DNA of 61,120 nucleotides, the filler included, from Platydemus manokwari (taxonomy: Eukaryota): assembly GCA_037951405.1 (NCBI GenBank). It is 6 parts of 6 records of this genome, joined end to end, with 100 filler letters (N's around TTAATTAATTAA, not from the genome) between each part and the next. Parts side by side here need not be neighbours in the genome. Positions count along the whole stretch, not along the records: positions 1 to 9,141 come from JBBMOY011293651.1; positions 9,242 to 19,124 come from JBBMOY011192988.1; 4 more parts are not named here. One strand, 5' to 3'. Shown piece by piece: positions 1 through 14,645 of this stretch. The first letter of the stretch is position 1. Every line of letters begins with the position of its first letter. The notes beneath the pieces are model-generated. The model was not told the origin of the DNA and did not search any database. It saw only the letters and a program-made list of their open reading frames with translations. The position numbers and the translations under genes are program-made.

Positions 1-51
<51 letters not shown>

Positions 52-73
52 GTAATAATAATAATAATAATAA
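1..73. repeat. (AAT)n microsatellite
   Basis: About 24 near-perfect AAT units at the window start. Confidence 0.95.
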
Positions 74-589
74 TTTACATAGATATATATAAAGCAATAA
101 ATATCAGAAAATATTCGAATACGATATATCAAAGTTAAAAGTGTATTTTCCACCGACATCCACACATCCAGACTGTTATGCTTGAAATAAAAGCCTATTC
201 GAATAAATTTAGAATGATATCAAACAGTAACGATTGAGTCAGTTATGGGTTATGAAATATTTCTCCGTGCTTGACACACCTCAATATTTTTAGAACTTTA
301 GATTTTTAATTAAAACAAGACTTTATGTTTTGAAAATTCTATTTCACATTCAAAAGATTTAATTTCCTTTCTTATTTTGTCATGCATTCCAAATTACTGA
401 GCTATAAATATTTTTCCATTCAAATGAAAGAAGACAAATTGTAAAAATTTATTAAAATGTTTCAAAATTCAGAAATATATTTCGTACGATTTCTTTTATA
501 ATTTTGTCTTAGAAAATGTTATTTCTCGTTATTGATTAAATTTGAAAAAATGGAAAAAAATTCATTTGTTTCTACTGAGAATCGTGGAA

Positions 590-850
590 TCTATTTTCGC
601 CAAAATCAAAATATCGGCATTACTACAGGGAGAATTAAACAGGATTTGTTGTGATCCTTTTCAAATGTTGAATATAAGCTCAAAATTCCAGACTAAGAGT
701 ATTCATTGAAAAAGACAAGAAAGAAATGAAGATCCCTTAATATATTGAATAACTCTCATTATAGTTGATGCTGATCTGACTCATCAAACACTATGATTAG
801 CACAGGACAAAAATGGGGCAGAATGGCGAAAAGCTAACAATGTTAAAATT
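590..850 (+). mobile_element. Possible RTE-like LINE 3' remnant
   Basis: Degenerate translations ALLQGELNR and L*LAQDKNGAEWRK resemble the C-terminal LQG...AQDR..WR motifs of RTE-clade ORF2. Heavily decayed. Confidence 0.3.
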
Positions 851-2129
851 TCTTTGGTGGGCAAACATGAACGATCTAATGAAGATTATGAAAAATGAGA
901 CAATATAATCTAGTCGGATGCATAATGAATTCCACCGGGAATGCTTAATAAGACTATTTATAGCTTTTTGCGTCTATCAAACATTTGAAACTTGTACGTT
1001 AATTTTGCTTTTTAGTAATATTTCATTTATTCAATTAATGTCTCTCGTCGCTTAAAATGTGCTTACCATTGCAACCTATAAATGCAATCTACTCCAACTC
1101 ATCTTTCTATTCAATTTTAATGGATACTACCCTTGTACTGATTTTGGGGTGTATACAAATATTAAAGTTATTTATTTTCTGTGTTTATCTTAAGTTTAAT
1201 ATTTTTCTAATAATATAATTTTCGAATCGAAATGAAATTTATCTTAATTATTTAAGAGTTATGTACGGTTGAAGATGAAATAACCCAATATGAATCCAAG
1301 TAAGAAATGAAAAATTGTAAATGACAAAAAACGAAGACACGATAAAAAATCTTGATATTCGTCACGAAATTAAATTCATAATAAATAAAATCATGATATA
1401 AAAGAAACCCTGTTTATTTTCTCTTGTGAATAAAATTCCATTGTGAAAATGTTTAGAAATAATCTGTGTGAAGAAATGAAGAGGAATAAAAACCTAATGT
1501 AGAAACATATTAAATTCAAACTCTTCATTAATAAGTAATTCTTCATGAATTTAAAATAATAAAATGTATAAAATCTAAAAAGTTCCATTGAACAAATTAG
1601 ACCGTTCATTTTTTTATAAGTGCACATTTATTTAAAATTTTATTTTGTTGTATAAATAAAATTTATTTGAAACAAATTTTAGTGTTGATATTACAACCAA
1701 ATGGGCCTAAGATTTCAATTCGTTTAAATAATCAAACATTCTCATATCCTTACTTTTGGTTGTGAAGGTACAATAATTAATAAAATTAAATACATTGCCC
1801 AGTTCCACTTTCCTAGGTCTCCAAACTATAGTTAAAGTGATCGAGGCGAAAGAACTAAAATATAATGTAAAATGTTACCTGATGTTCATCAGAGCCCCAA
1901 AGACTGAAAAGACACCGCATTGCCAAATAATGATAATAGCAAGGCATATAAAAGTAAATTAATAAAATACATATCACTATTTATTGGAATCTAGCAGCGA
2001 CACAAATAACAACTATAAAGACTAGTTGCTAGAAAATCATATGAAATTCACACAAATAATAGCTAGTGACGTCCAACCTCTTTTAAAGGTTGGTCATATG
2101 TGTTCACTTGATGTCTCAAGGTTATACTT

Positions 2130-2474
2130 TTCATTCAGACATCAGTTTGCAATTAACTTTTCTACTATCTCTCATGCAATTGGCTTATGTCAGCCTTGGT
2201 TGCTTGTAATGAACATACGCCAATTAATTATCGAGTTCTGAATATGGATTAATATATAAGAAGCATCTGACTATCTATGGGCATGCACACTTGTCGAATC
2301 TGTGAGTATCGAACTTTTTGAGAGTCTTTTATAGGTATCTTCGAAACTTTTGCCTGTTTTTATGACATACCTAGCACTACTAACATAGCATCTCGCTGCT
2401 GTTTTCAAGCAAGTACAAGTAATTATATATATATCAGAAGGATTTTCAGGGAGAACATAATTTAATTGAATCAT
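2130..2474 (-). mobile_element. Penelope-like element remnant (GIY-YIG endonuclease-like)
   Basis: ORF 2271..2474 LPENPSDIYIITCTCLKTAARCYVSSARYVIKT resembles the PLE pattern IY-x-I-x-C-x-C...YVG-x-T-x-R. Degenerate. Confidence 0.4.
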
Positions 2475-4399
2475 TTTAATTTATGATCAAAATACTTATG
2501 ATAAAACATTTTAACATTGATTGCGATGGAAAAACCTCAAGCATAATATGAAGGCGAATAATTTTTCATTTTAATAAAAAGAACCAATCAATATATTCGA
2601 TATATAAGACAAATTGAAAAAATAATAAATATATTTTACACGTGTTTAGATTTTTTTCCTTTATTTAATGAAAATCTTTATGATTTTATCAATTTTTAAT
2701 ATTTTATAAATATACAATAATATTGATTTATCAAGGTTAATGAGTCTCGTGAAAGTGTTGCGTAATAAAATCTTATTAGAGAACAAATATACTAACTACA
2801 GCATACATCGTAAAAAATCAATAAATAAATTATTATCTATAAAATTTGTAAACAAATTATTTGTTCTTTTTTATTTTATTAATTTTACAATTCGATCAAA
2901 CATTTTTGTTAAATTTTCATTTAAAGCTTCACTACATCCTAAGATTTTGTTATCTAGGATTTAGTGTTAAAAATTCATAAAAAGTAAATATTCCAAAAAT
3001 TCCTTTCGACAATAAATTGCCTTAGCAAAGTGAAATGGTTTTCTTTCATTTTTTGAAAATAATCGAAAAATAAGTTTTGGAAAGCACATTATTTTCAAAA
3101 CAACAAATGGTATCAATTGCAATCAGTATTGATTTACCTGACATTTTTACTTGAAGATATTTTCCAGGTCAGATAATTCAGAAATTACTGAAAATTTGTA
3201 GATCGTAAATGATAAATGTTGTAGAATTTTTATCAACTCAATCACGTGTAGAACAATAATTTGGCAAATATCGAACCGTTAACCATAACATAAATTAACA
3301 AAATCAAAAACAAAATAATAAATTCATCAATAATCAAAGCAACTTGATTCCGATATTTTAACAAACATGATATTTCCCAATATTAATCAAAATTCTAAAT
3401 TTGTATTTCTAAAATAAAAAAGCAGATTTGAATCCAAGGTGATTGACAAACCTTTCCACCCAATAATTTCATAATCAAATATTTTTAAAATAAAATATAA
3501 ATATTTTTACTGTTTCTGTGTGGCTACAAACACAAATTACCATAATTCCTGCTTGTATCTTGACTCGACATTCTGTCATTTTAATAAAACTTGTAACTCG
3601 ATTTATCATAAAATTATCGAAATCTATCGCTGGATAGAGGAATCTTTTCCAAGCTTTATAGATGGATTCATATCATGAAACATTTTAATAACAACTTGTA
3701 ATAAAAATTACTTCATCCAGTCAACAATAAATTATTGTGAAAATATTCTCAACAAATCATCCCGATGTATTTGATCTTCAAAACAAAACGTTCAAAACAT
3801 TTATCGATCGATTTGAAATGAGATAAATGTGATTTAAACAACAATTACAGAAATAGAACACCTTAAATCGGTCCTAAACAATGACAAGTATTTTTTGTAG
3901 TACAGAGAGAGATTGACAATTTAAACAAGATTAATTTAAAATAAATAAAATTGAAAAATCGATACAACATAGTTGAAAAGTTAATTAACTGACACTTCTT
4001 AATGTTATTGATTTTATTTCCCATAAAAAATACATGAATGATATGTTAGAAATTATATGAAATTTTAGCGCATGGACAAATGAGTATACAATTATAAATT
4101 ATTATTAAATCAATAATATGATGGTAATAAATATTATTTTTTCTCCCTTCCCAAATATAATATCAATATGCCGAATTGTCCAGTTATAAACCATTGATTA
4201 TTGCAATAAATTATTAAAATATTTTTCATTGAATTTGTACGACAAAGTCAAGCTACAATCCCCTAAAGACCACAAATCTCTTTTCAACACCCAATCGATT
4301 ATATATATGTATATGATTTGCTCGACTAAATAGCAGAAATATATGCTTATAAACGTTTTGGAGATCATGCAAAAATCAATAGAATAAACATTGCGAAAA

Positions 4400-4680
4400 G
4401 AATTCATTCAATGTGAAATACTGACCCGGTTATTGCCTTATGATCATCAAATAGCAATTGAGATCCAATCAAATCTCACTTATAATCGATAACATATTGT
4501 CGTGGATCAATATATAATCGAATCAATACCGAAATCAGTGAGATGTCATCAAATCATCGCTAAGGAAATACAAAAGGTCAACCAAATGAAATCTCTCCGT
4601 CCATTTCGATTTTTCATTGGCTATTGGAAATTCCACAAAAAATTGATAACGAGCACAAATCATCACATCATTCGAACTGA
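4400..4680 (+). mobile_element. Ty3/gypsy pol remnant
   Basis: Stop-interrupted frame LLPYDHQIAIEI...KEIQKVNQMKSLRPFRFFIGYWKFHK resembles the pre-RT LP..DH.I motif and the post-RT K.LR.FLG..GYYRKFI motif. Confidence 0.35.
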
Positions 4681-4798
4681 AACTGAGCGAGGTGAATTGG
4701 TAGAATATTTCTCAAACGATAAAGATTATTGATTTTAGAATTAAAAAATAAAGAATCAATCAATAAAAACGGAAAGGCAAATCATTAAATCATTAAAA

Positions 4799-7700
4799 TT
4801 AATCACGAAAAAAAATCAAAGGGGTTGTAGAGAAAATGGGACGAATTTCTTTGAATTTGGGACGCAATCGTCGACAAAACCAATAGAGAACAATACCACA
4901 ACAACTAACAATACAAATGAGATACAGCCAATAGATCCGTTGAATAACGAGTTCTGGTTCTTGAAGAACGATTCGAGGAATACGAGGATGTCTGTGAAAG
5001 AATTATAATATTAAGGAAATCAGTTTCAAAACATAATGACCTATTATCGAGATTTACAGATTGGTGAGGGGAAAAGATGTTGAATTCGATAGCGAAGGAA
5101 GAATTGAATTCCTTTTTCTTGAGTAAAGGTTGTGGTCGGTATGATGATCTAGGAGAAATGAGGAAAGCATTTAATAAAATATATATACGTGTAATCAAAT
5201 ATACTCATCGGGCACAGAAGTGTTATCAAGAACCATGTTGAATGAAGATTGTCGGACACAAATGGGTTTCTCGCGATAATCAAGTTTGTCTTTTTGCTGG
5301 AATTTTATAACGGAAGAAAATTTGTGCAATCGACTCTCTAAGGAAATAATTTAAATTCAAATCGAATATTGCTGTTTTGGAACCTTTAAATCTGTTTGGT
5401 TTGTTTTTATTTCCAATGAGGTTGGATGATACTATGGATACGTGTGATAACAAAGGTTCTTTGATGTTGCCTGTTCGAGTGAATTGTAATAAACTATCCC
5501 ACAGCCATAAGCAATCTAATATTAGGTGTCATCTTTCCTTGAATCCATTCATATCAAATCACCTTTATCTCTAAAAGTCATATCAAAACAATTCGAGTCA
5601 CCATAAATTGCAATTCGACCATGGTTGCCTGAGTTATTTTTCGGACCACCATAAAGTCCCAATATGGGAGCATTTTTAATATTGGTTGAAACTCCTTTTA
5701 ATAGCTCGGCACCCACGTCTTTCAATGGCGAGGAATACAAAACTCGAGAAATGTGCGATTTACTACTAGGGAATGCTGATATTTTCGTTCCGGACAGATA
5801 TTGAACTACGCGAATAATTGTCAAGTACTCTGAGAGTTGTTTGAAATCACTTACCTATCTTGTTTCCTATTTTCAATGATCCTTCGAGAACTTGATCACT
5901 GTATATAAAAAATGAGATCAAATACTACTGATAAATTTGTAAGTATCACGATGAGATATAAATAACATAAAAGTGGTAGAATCGGTAAGATTATTTCAAT
6001 CCAATCCTGATATCATTACAAATTAATTTGAAATTAAATGGTCTTTCAACAAGCATGTACAATTCTGTTTATTAGTTGACTCCGACATTAACTCCGACTG
6101 CGCAAAAGTTAATCCCATAAAATTAAATGAATGACAACTTAATTCGAAGATTTAATGTCTCTGGTGACTTGTGCTAAATGCTTTGACAGAGTTCTCAAGA
6201 TCTTCGAGCAATATCTTTATTTCAAGTAAGCGTTTAATCATTCGATAATTACTCACCAATTCGGTACTTTTATCTAGAACTATTCATTTATGAGAGGGTA
6301 TTATTTTTAGAATCCAATCCATCCAATTGAGTTCTAGCTATTTGAGTTGCTTATGAGAGTTACCCAATGAGAACACTTGTGTAATCACTAATCCAACCAT
6401 CATAATAATTTATGACACTGATTACCAAAAATAGGTATTGATTTAATACAGATATGTATTATCGATTATCAATATCAATTTACAAATAACATTCCCGGTG
6501 GAATAAATCAATAAAATCGAAAAAATATAATATTGATTTAATAATGTTTGGCAAAATGAGGCCATCCCCCAAGAAGAAAGAAGTGGAAAAACTACACAAT
6601 TAAATGCTTGAAATAACCCTATGAAAATGGCATACACAATCGAGTAAATCAATTTCACAGCAACCAATAATCGATCTATCAATTGACGATTTCTGATTGG
6701 ATGTACCAATGGGAAATAGGCACCACCAAATCATCAATCAAAATCCTTGGATTTAAATCCAGCACATTGGTACCAAATGGAAATCTTATCACAACATTAT
6801 CAGATTAACCCAAAACACATCGGTTTTGCCACATATTCAAACACCTCTCAACGAAATATGCCAGAATTTTTGTTCGATAATTTATTGATTGAGCACCTGA
6901 TTGTGTTTCGATTAATGTGATTTATCGCCTTCAAACATATCATTAAGAGTTTTATTCGATTGCACAATTGTGATTCATTATATTTTTGATCAATATTAAT
7001 ATCAATACATCTCAATAATAATCAATTATTGAATAAATAACGAAATATTGATCAATCCCAAAAATGAGAACAAACCTGAATTCCATATTGAATGGGGCAA
7101 GCAATTCATTCAATGCTGGAATATTAGCACCACCGGTATCAGGAGTCCACCATTGTCTAGAACCAAAATCATATAATAAATAAAATATCATGGTATTGAT
7201 TTCCAATGATTCCACCTCGTGTTCTCATCAAAAAACCTCAAGTGACGCATAACATTCTCATTATACCATTCTCCAATCACTATCAGAGATAGACCAAGCC
7301 TCGAAACATCGTCGAAAAGTTTATCGCGTTCATGGATGAAAAATTCGTCTTCTGGATCCATAATAATCAATGTTCCTGAATGAGCAGTCCCTGTTTAATA
7401 TGAGAGCACAAATGGGGAAAAATAAACCATAATTTGATGCATTAAAGCATCCAAAATGACTGCCGAGAATCTCTATGAAATATCCTCGAGAACGAAGATG
7501 ATCAAAGGTATCCCGGAAATTAGTGTGGATATGATCTCCTGTCCTGGAAAAATCAAGTGATAATCAGTGATTTATAGCAGTCGACACCCACTAACCAATC
7601 TAATGGTTCTTGTCGACGAATATTATCCCGAGGAATGTAACCAGGAGGATAGCGCAGATTATGAAATTGATCCCACAATATTCGCATTCTAATATAAAAC

Positions 7701-7813
7701 ACGAGTATAAAAGAACAAATCATTTCTAACGAGTACCTCCGTAGTGGTGTGGGAATCACCTTCACTTTCAATGGAATTTTCAGAGTGGTGACCAATGGTT
7801 TATCTGACCCAAT
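4799..7813 (-). CDS. MBTPS1: Site-1 protease (membrane-bound transcription factor peptidase S1P/SKI-1), C-terminal half; the 5' subtilase domain is not on this contig
   Basis: Phase-consistent GT-AG exons: 7813-7737, 7688-7596, 7543-7428, 7375-7216, 7156-7076, 5898-5855, 5805-5563, 5515-5384, 5337-5205, 5148-5041, 4991-4799 (TAA). Diagnostic S1P peptides: [87 protein letters not shown]. The last exon encodes a TM helix ([21 protein letters not shown]) and a basic tail. The three most 3' exons are less conserved. Confidence 0.93.
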
Positions 7814-8869
7814 CTAATATGATTAATAATAATAACAATATAATAATCATATTTGATCAATAACCTGAATGTAACACATGTTAAATTCGATATATTAAAA
7901 TATATCGAGTTATTCTCTAACAATGTAAATGAGGCCTTGATTTCAGAACTTATCCAATAATAATATTTAAAAGAAACATCAGAAAAATTAATTATATAGA
8001 GTATTTACTGAGCACAATGAGATGGAGATATGCTTTAAGGTACTAGTGGATGAGCATATGGAGTTGAGATTGAAACATAATCCATTACATCTCTTCATTT
8101 ATCGGAATACTTTTATTATAATAATCTGTGCTCATGACCACTATATCTCATAAAAAGTAATTTTGATTTTAGAATGTTACTTTCCACTAGAGATAAAATG
8201 AATTTCACTTTTTAAATTTAAATTTCATTGGGAAACCGATCCAAATCTTGTGGATAAATAATACCTGAAACATGTTAAACGATTTTTCACCGATGGTTCT
8301 TTTCTATCCCATTTTTCAAATAAAATCAATAATAAAAATTTGATCTATTAATCTCTAATTAACACTTATCGATTAATATTTTTGTTTTAATTATAAAATG
8401 TTAAATTAAAGATGTGATTAAACGGTTACTTTCATAAAGTACAGTGTTAAGAGGGTTGGTGTATTCTCGAGTCGGGTCAGATTAGATGCTAAATGGACTG
8501 TAGATGTTCCTAGATAAACTGATAATGAACTGTTATTACTTTAATGTAAGATTGGGGGTGAATATTGGGAAAAATTGTAAACATAATCTTACATTTAATC
8601 ATACCAGCTGATTCCATATTTTTAGCAAAAGTTTACTGCAAAATATTCCAGTAAAAATAATCACGAAAAATTGTGTTAATCTATTGATAATTTTTATTCC
8701 ACCATCTCCCCATTTAATCTCAAGAAATTAAACATATTGATTATGATCATGTTTCCATCGTAATGAGTAAGTCTTTTATTGATTTCGTATATTCGATTAA
8801 TTACTTAATTGATTTGAATTAAATTACTAATTATTTATTAAATATATTGTTATCATTTATGAGTTGAAT

Positions 8870-9066
8870 ATTCGCAACTATCTATTGATTTTTATCAATA
8901 ATATATTGATTATTCCTAATAATATATAGATTATTACCAACTTTATATTGATTATTACTAACTTTATATTGATTATTACCAACTAAATATTGATTATTTC
9001 CAACTATATATTGATTTTTCCCAGCAATATATAGATTATTACATATTTTATACTGATTATTACCAG
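8870..9066. repeat. ~21-bp minisatellite (ATATTGATTATTACCAACTTT-like), ~9 degenerate copies
   Basis: Periodic ATTGATTATT.CC.A motif visible next to the contig end. Confidence 0.85.
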
Positions 9067-9141
9067 TAACGTGATTAAATAAATAAACACATGGTGTTTG
9101 TTTAAATAATTGATTGGCGGTTGATTGCAGTTTTTCAAATA

Positions 9142-9241
9142 NNNNNNNNNNNNNNNNNNNNNNNNNNNNNNNNNNNNNNNNNNNNTTAATTAATTAANNN
9201 NNNNNNNNNNNNNNNNNNNNNNNNNNNNNNNNNNNNNNNNN
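9142..9241. other. Artificial contig spacer 44N-TTAATTAATTAA-44N
   Basis: The 12-mer has stops in all six frames; the same 100-bp layout occurs five times. Confidence 0.97.
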
Positions 9242-10049
9242 GTTTGAGAACAAAAGTTCTAAGATTTTTTTTATGTATAGAAATGATCTTTTGTTTGAGA
9301 ACAAAAGTTCTAAGATTTTTATTGAATTTTACTAACCTTGCTTAATCATATAGTCGCATCTTAAATGTATGGTTTAATTTCAAGTATTTGAATAGTTTAT
9401 TTATTGATGAAGAACTGAGTAGTTCTTGTATATACACTAATTAAGTGAAATATTGAAAATTCCTTTAACGCTATTAGATTAGGAATTATAATTTATATAT
9501 AAATGAAAACGATTAACCATTCTGTAATTGAAAATCTTTTAGAGATCAATTAATATAATAAGAAAACTGTCCAAACAGAAACGAGAAGACACGAATCCAA
9601 GAAAAAAGATCCTCAGATAATACCAGAGATAGTTAAGGAATTTAAAAGACGAAGAGAGACTCATATTACTAGGGATAGGAAGAAAAGAGGTGAAGAGTTA
9701 ATTTGATAGCTTGAGGTCTACGAATGAGGTTCAAATGGCAATAATAATATCCTGGCAAACTTTTATAACTTTATTATCTGACTTTTATTGTGAATATCTG
9801 GCTTTCATTAATTGAATATCTTTAGTGAATTTGCAAATATCCGAATGTACATGAATCATTAGATTAGTAAATCAATTAGATTAATAAAATTATACATTAA
9901 ACAAAATAAAGATTTCATATGAATTAAGACAATTCAAGAAAGAATAAGATTAAAATTAATTAATACATTCAAATATCAATAAATCATTTAATAAAATTTG
10001 TAATATCAGAGAAAATTTAAAGATTTATAAGGTTAAAGAACTTTTAAAA

Positions 10050-10850
10050 TCATAACTCATACAGTTCAAGGTATGGAAAATAATAAAAATTTGTGAGTGA
10101 TGGAAAGACATTAGGCATAAAGTATCAAATTTCAGCAGCTGTATAGACTGATGGATTTCATCACAAATGACTTTCACATAAATCGGTATGGAGCATCTTT
10201 ATTTTAATTAGAACGAATAATAAGGATTAATCAATCTTTGGATGAAAAGTTAATCGAAGAAATATAATACATTTCAGAAAAAGATAAATCACAGTTAAAA
10301 ATATTCTATCGATAAATTTGATATTTTAAACAATTAATCAATAAGTTAAACGCCAAAATTATAGTACCCTTTTGGATTCCTATTAAATACATTTTAAACT
10401 CTATCTTTAAACTGATTAATCAAATTAAGAGTGTTCTTGAGCTCACGTTATTGATAAAACTAAATTTAGAAATCTTTCTGAAGTGTCCTATTATTGAGAC
10501 TCATGTAAAGGTTGCTGAAATATAAGTTTATGATCGATTCGAACAGATTATACTTTGAATTTTATTAAAATAGTTTTAACCAACAACGAAATGGTTTCAA
10601 ATAGAGTAGTCTTGAAAATTCATAAATTGAAATAAGTGTTGAATATGCTTACAAAATAAGCTTATATTAATTAACAAAATAATTCTTGTTAATTCTTTTG
10701 ATTTGTTGGAATGCAATAAGAAAAGAAATTTACATAGATATTTCTATACCCGAGGCATTTATTGATTAGCACTTCCAAGACTTATTGAGCCATTAATAGC
10801 AAAAGAATATATAAATCCCACTCTCGTCTAATGTATTGATGAAACAGTTT
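10050..10850 (+). mobile_element. Possible Penelope-like remnant
   Basis: Scattered degenerate motifs (KIIKIC..., TDGF, LIEPLIAKEYINPTLV similar to the IKEALLI...P.LN end of PLE GIY-YIG). Confidence 0.25.
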
Positions 10851-13800
10851 ATTGATCAAATAAAGTGATTAAGGCCAAATGTAACAGGAATATGATGATA
10901 TCATTAGTTAATGTCAAACAGTGAATGAATAAGAGATACTCCAGTATTAAATCAGAGTTCAAAAGGCGTTTTTATCAATTCTCAATTTCTAATTAAAGAT
11001 AGAATTCAAAAGCACTTTGAAGAATATCCTAATAATGAAAATGGTGAGTCCTCAAATATATATATGTCCATGAGATTATTTACTTATGATGTGTTTCGAG
11101 CTTATTGGTTTTTATTTTGTTTATCAGTCTCGGAATTTAATTATTTCTTACTTTCTGTAGATTAATGTTGTCTTATCAGTCTCTCGTGGCTCTAATAAGC
11201 TTTATTTGTTTTCTTTCTACACCTCGCGAAAGCATCGTATGATGACAATATGTACGCTAACTCTTATCTATTTATATCCTAAACCTATCAGTCTCAATTC
11301 ATTTAATAACCTTTTCCAATATAATTTATTATTAATACTTTAAAGCATTAAATAGGCAGTTTAATACATCAAATGTTTATTACCATAACAATTATTACAA
11401 TGACAATATAAAAATTACGAATAAAAATTAATTTTTAATTGCTAAATACATTTAGACACTTAAAGGGCTTTCCTTAACCAATCCCGGATGAAGAACGGTA
11501 AACTTATTCATACTCGTGGAGCAAAACCAATTATCTGAAGAGGGTTTTTTGAGACAAAACTCTATAAAATGAAAATACACGATAAGCGCTGTAATATTAA
11601 TCAATATTTTAACAGAACAATCAAACTCGCGTTGATTTGAGATAATGGCTTCAGTAAATGTATATGTCGAACAAATGAATGAACGTCGAATAAGCAATCA
11701 TAGTTGTTTCCAGTAATTATTTGGAGGAATAGTTATGATTCTTTATCCTCTATTTATACTTCCCTTAATCGAGCTTATAATGTCTCAATAAATTTTATTT
11801 CATTGCATTAAAAATTTATTCCTCAGGGATTTGGTTCTATTTTATCGGATTATTTGTTTTTTCTAATTAACATCGTATAAAAACTATTCTGAAAAGATTT
11901 TGACTTAGTAATAATAATTATTAATAAATCCCTATGATAGTTAATATTATATTATTACCTAATATATATTAGCCCGTTTATCAACTAATTCTAATAATTA
12001 TTTTATAATTATAATTTTCTTTTTATTAATAATTCATCCAGAAATTTATCAAGGCAAAAATATTTAATAAAAATTACTTAAAAATGATTGTTAGCTTTTT
12101 CACAATCATCCATTTAGTAAAAACTAAAATGTTACTTTTATGCATTCGTAAAATAATGTCAGTTTATCGATACAATTCGAATAAACTGAAAAATGTTACG
12201 ATGGTTTATTGATACAATTTCAATTAAACCATAAGAAGCTACGCTATACATTGATAAATAATTGATACATAAATGTCAGAGTTATTGTTAAAGTTTTTAT
12301 CTGAACATCATTACTTCATGATGAATTCTCCACAACCCAAAAACTGCTGGGGGGCAAGATAAGCATGACCTCATGCTTGCTTTTCTTAGAATTTGGTTGA
12401 GAGGATTGTTCAGACATTTCGGAAGATTTTCTCTAGTGAGGTCTTCTTTTGATACAACTTACTCCCCATTGATGCCCTGGTTTGCACTCCTCAGTTTTTG
12501 GATTAAGAGTTGAATTCTATACGATTTCTTTTCTTCTCTCATTTTCGATAAGCTATTCAGCATTGGTTCACAGCTGTTTATAATCAAACTGCTCGGTAAT
12601 CATCTATTCATTTTCCTGCAGCTCAGCATCTAGCCATTATTGTTCAAGAAAAATGTGGTCAACATTCGTTAGCTCATAATCCTCTTGTTGTGATGTTTTC
12701 GCACTTGCTTTCTCTGCACTGAAATGGGAATTGTTATGGTTAATTACCTACTCTTTTCCCACATTTTGACATGATCTCGATTGTTGGAATTCTTTCATAT
12801 GATTTTTCCAAAACTTGCCTCTTTTCCGACTGAGATATTGTTCTTGAGTTGATTCTAGCCCCCATACTCCTTTTATGGTTCAAATAACTGTTCTTTCTGT
12901 GGAAAACCCCCTTTCTACTTACTCAAATATACTTACTGCTTAACTCAACATTCTATTTTCTTCATTGGATTTTTTGGTTTGATATCTCCTTTCCTTATCA
13001 TTCTCAATAGAATTAATCAAATTCTTGTTTATGACTTTTTATATCTCAATTGCTCTAGACTTAGGCATATTTTTTCCGATTATTCCCTCATAGACATTTT
13101 TGATATTTTGGGACATATGTTGTTTTCTCTCATAATTTTATTTACTGTTTGGCCCCTTTGATATATCGGATAACCATTACTTCCTCCACGAAAATAGCAG
13201 GGCTTTTTAGTTTTCTTTTTAGATCATATCCCACAATAATCTTTCTGTAAGTAAGTTTAATTACCTGGCTTATCTCCTATGAGTCCACTGCTCCTCGAAG
13301 AGAATATTCTTCCAAGTTATTTTTACTGGCTCAATAATGCTTAATCCCCATTCTGGGACAACATTTCTGCTCTACGATGATTTCGCCTCCTTAATTTCTT
13401 AAACTTATCCACACTGGGTAGTCCTTGTTATTGTCATCTAGCGCTAATTTAATATCAAGGAATTAAACAAAAGACTGTTCCTCAAATCGAATTATATCTT
13501 TGGGTTTGCGGATAAGTGCCATGCAATTTTTTTAGCTTCCCAGAGAGAATTTTGACTGGGTTGTTGGTGATACAGGGATTTGGTTTACGAAATTCTACCG
13601 GATCGGATTGAATGGGTTCTATAAATTCCATCATGATGGTGTATGGAATATTCTTTGATCAAATTATGGTCTTCTCAAATTCAATTTGGGGATTCAACTG
13701 TTTCTGAAGTTATAAGTATATAAATGCTGAAGAGATAGCTTCTAATTCGATTCTTTTGGAATGGAATTCGGCAGTTATTTCTGATTAGCATTATGGATAA

Positions 13801-14468
13801 TAATTGCAGAGAGTTTGAGTGGCAAATTGAAGATTATACGTTTGTACTGAAACTTCCCTGCTCCTAGGAACGCAAAATCACTATTGATCTTTTCAATTGT
13901 GAAGCGTTTTTAAGATAATTGGGAAGGTTATTCAAGGAATCAAAGAGTCTTAGTCCGATCCCAAAAAGTACTTTTTTAATTTCTGAAAGGATATTACCAT
14001 AGAATTTCCTTGAGAAATACTTGATAAGAGTGGTACTTGGTTCCAAATCTTTAAAATAATAGTTAATTTTATAAAGGGAAAAATCAATTACTTGTAACTG
14101 TCGATTTGCTGCTCAAATTTTTGTTAAATAGAAATGAATATTAAGTGGCTAGTAGCCATTTTTATATGTTTTGCTCGTTTCAATTTGATTGGTCAATTTC
14201 TTGTGGGTTAATATAGTTTTCAATATAGTTTTTACTAGGATTATATTAAGTTTAAAATGAAATAAATTTCAGAAAAAATTAAATTTATTGAAAACATAAT
14301 AAATTTTTATTAACGATTACAATTAATCAAGAGCAACCTAGTGAGTACGCATAATTGTAATAGATTAACAGGAACAATAGAATTTTCTGTGAATTTTTTT
14401 ATTTTAACGTTAATTATAATAGCAGGTATAAATGACTTTATATTATGATGCCAAAAAATTGACACTCA

Positions 14469-14645
14469 GACTACAATGGACACAAACTATTGCAGTTCTA
14501 GATAGGTAAAGAATCAGAATTAATTATCAATAATAATTATCTGGATTATCAAGCACTATAGTGTCCCAGTTATATATTTCAGAGGAAGAGACTAATAACA
14601 TTGATGAAGAATGTTTTCAAATATTCAAAGGAGAATAATTATTTT
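14469..14645. repeat. Dispersed repeat, copy A (homologous to 16909-17103)
   Basis: Shared CAATGGACACAAAC.ATTGCAG.TCTAGATAGG.AAAGAATCAGAATTAATT...CTATAGTGTCCCAGTTATATATTT.AGAGGAAGAGA...TTTCAAATATTCAAAGG. Confidence 0.9.

Noticed and set aside
4502-4732. Terminal exon of a host gene convergent with MBTPS1
   Set aside because: The same frame has stops just upstream with no suitable acceptor, and it looks more like gypsy pol debris.
8870-9066. CRISPR-like array
   Set aside because: Contiguous tandem units with no unique spacers, in a eukaryotic context.
9186-9197. Recurrent TTAATTAATTAA as a biological motif
   Set aside because: Always centred in identical N runs; it is an assembly linker.
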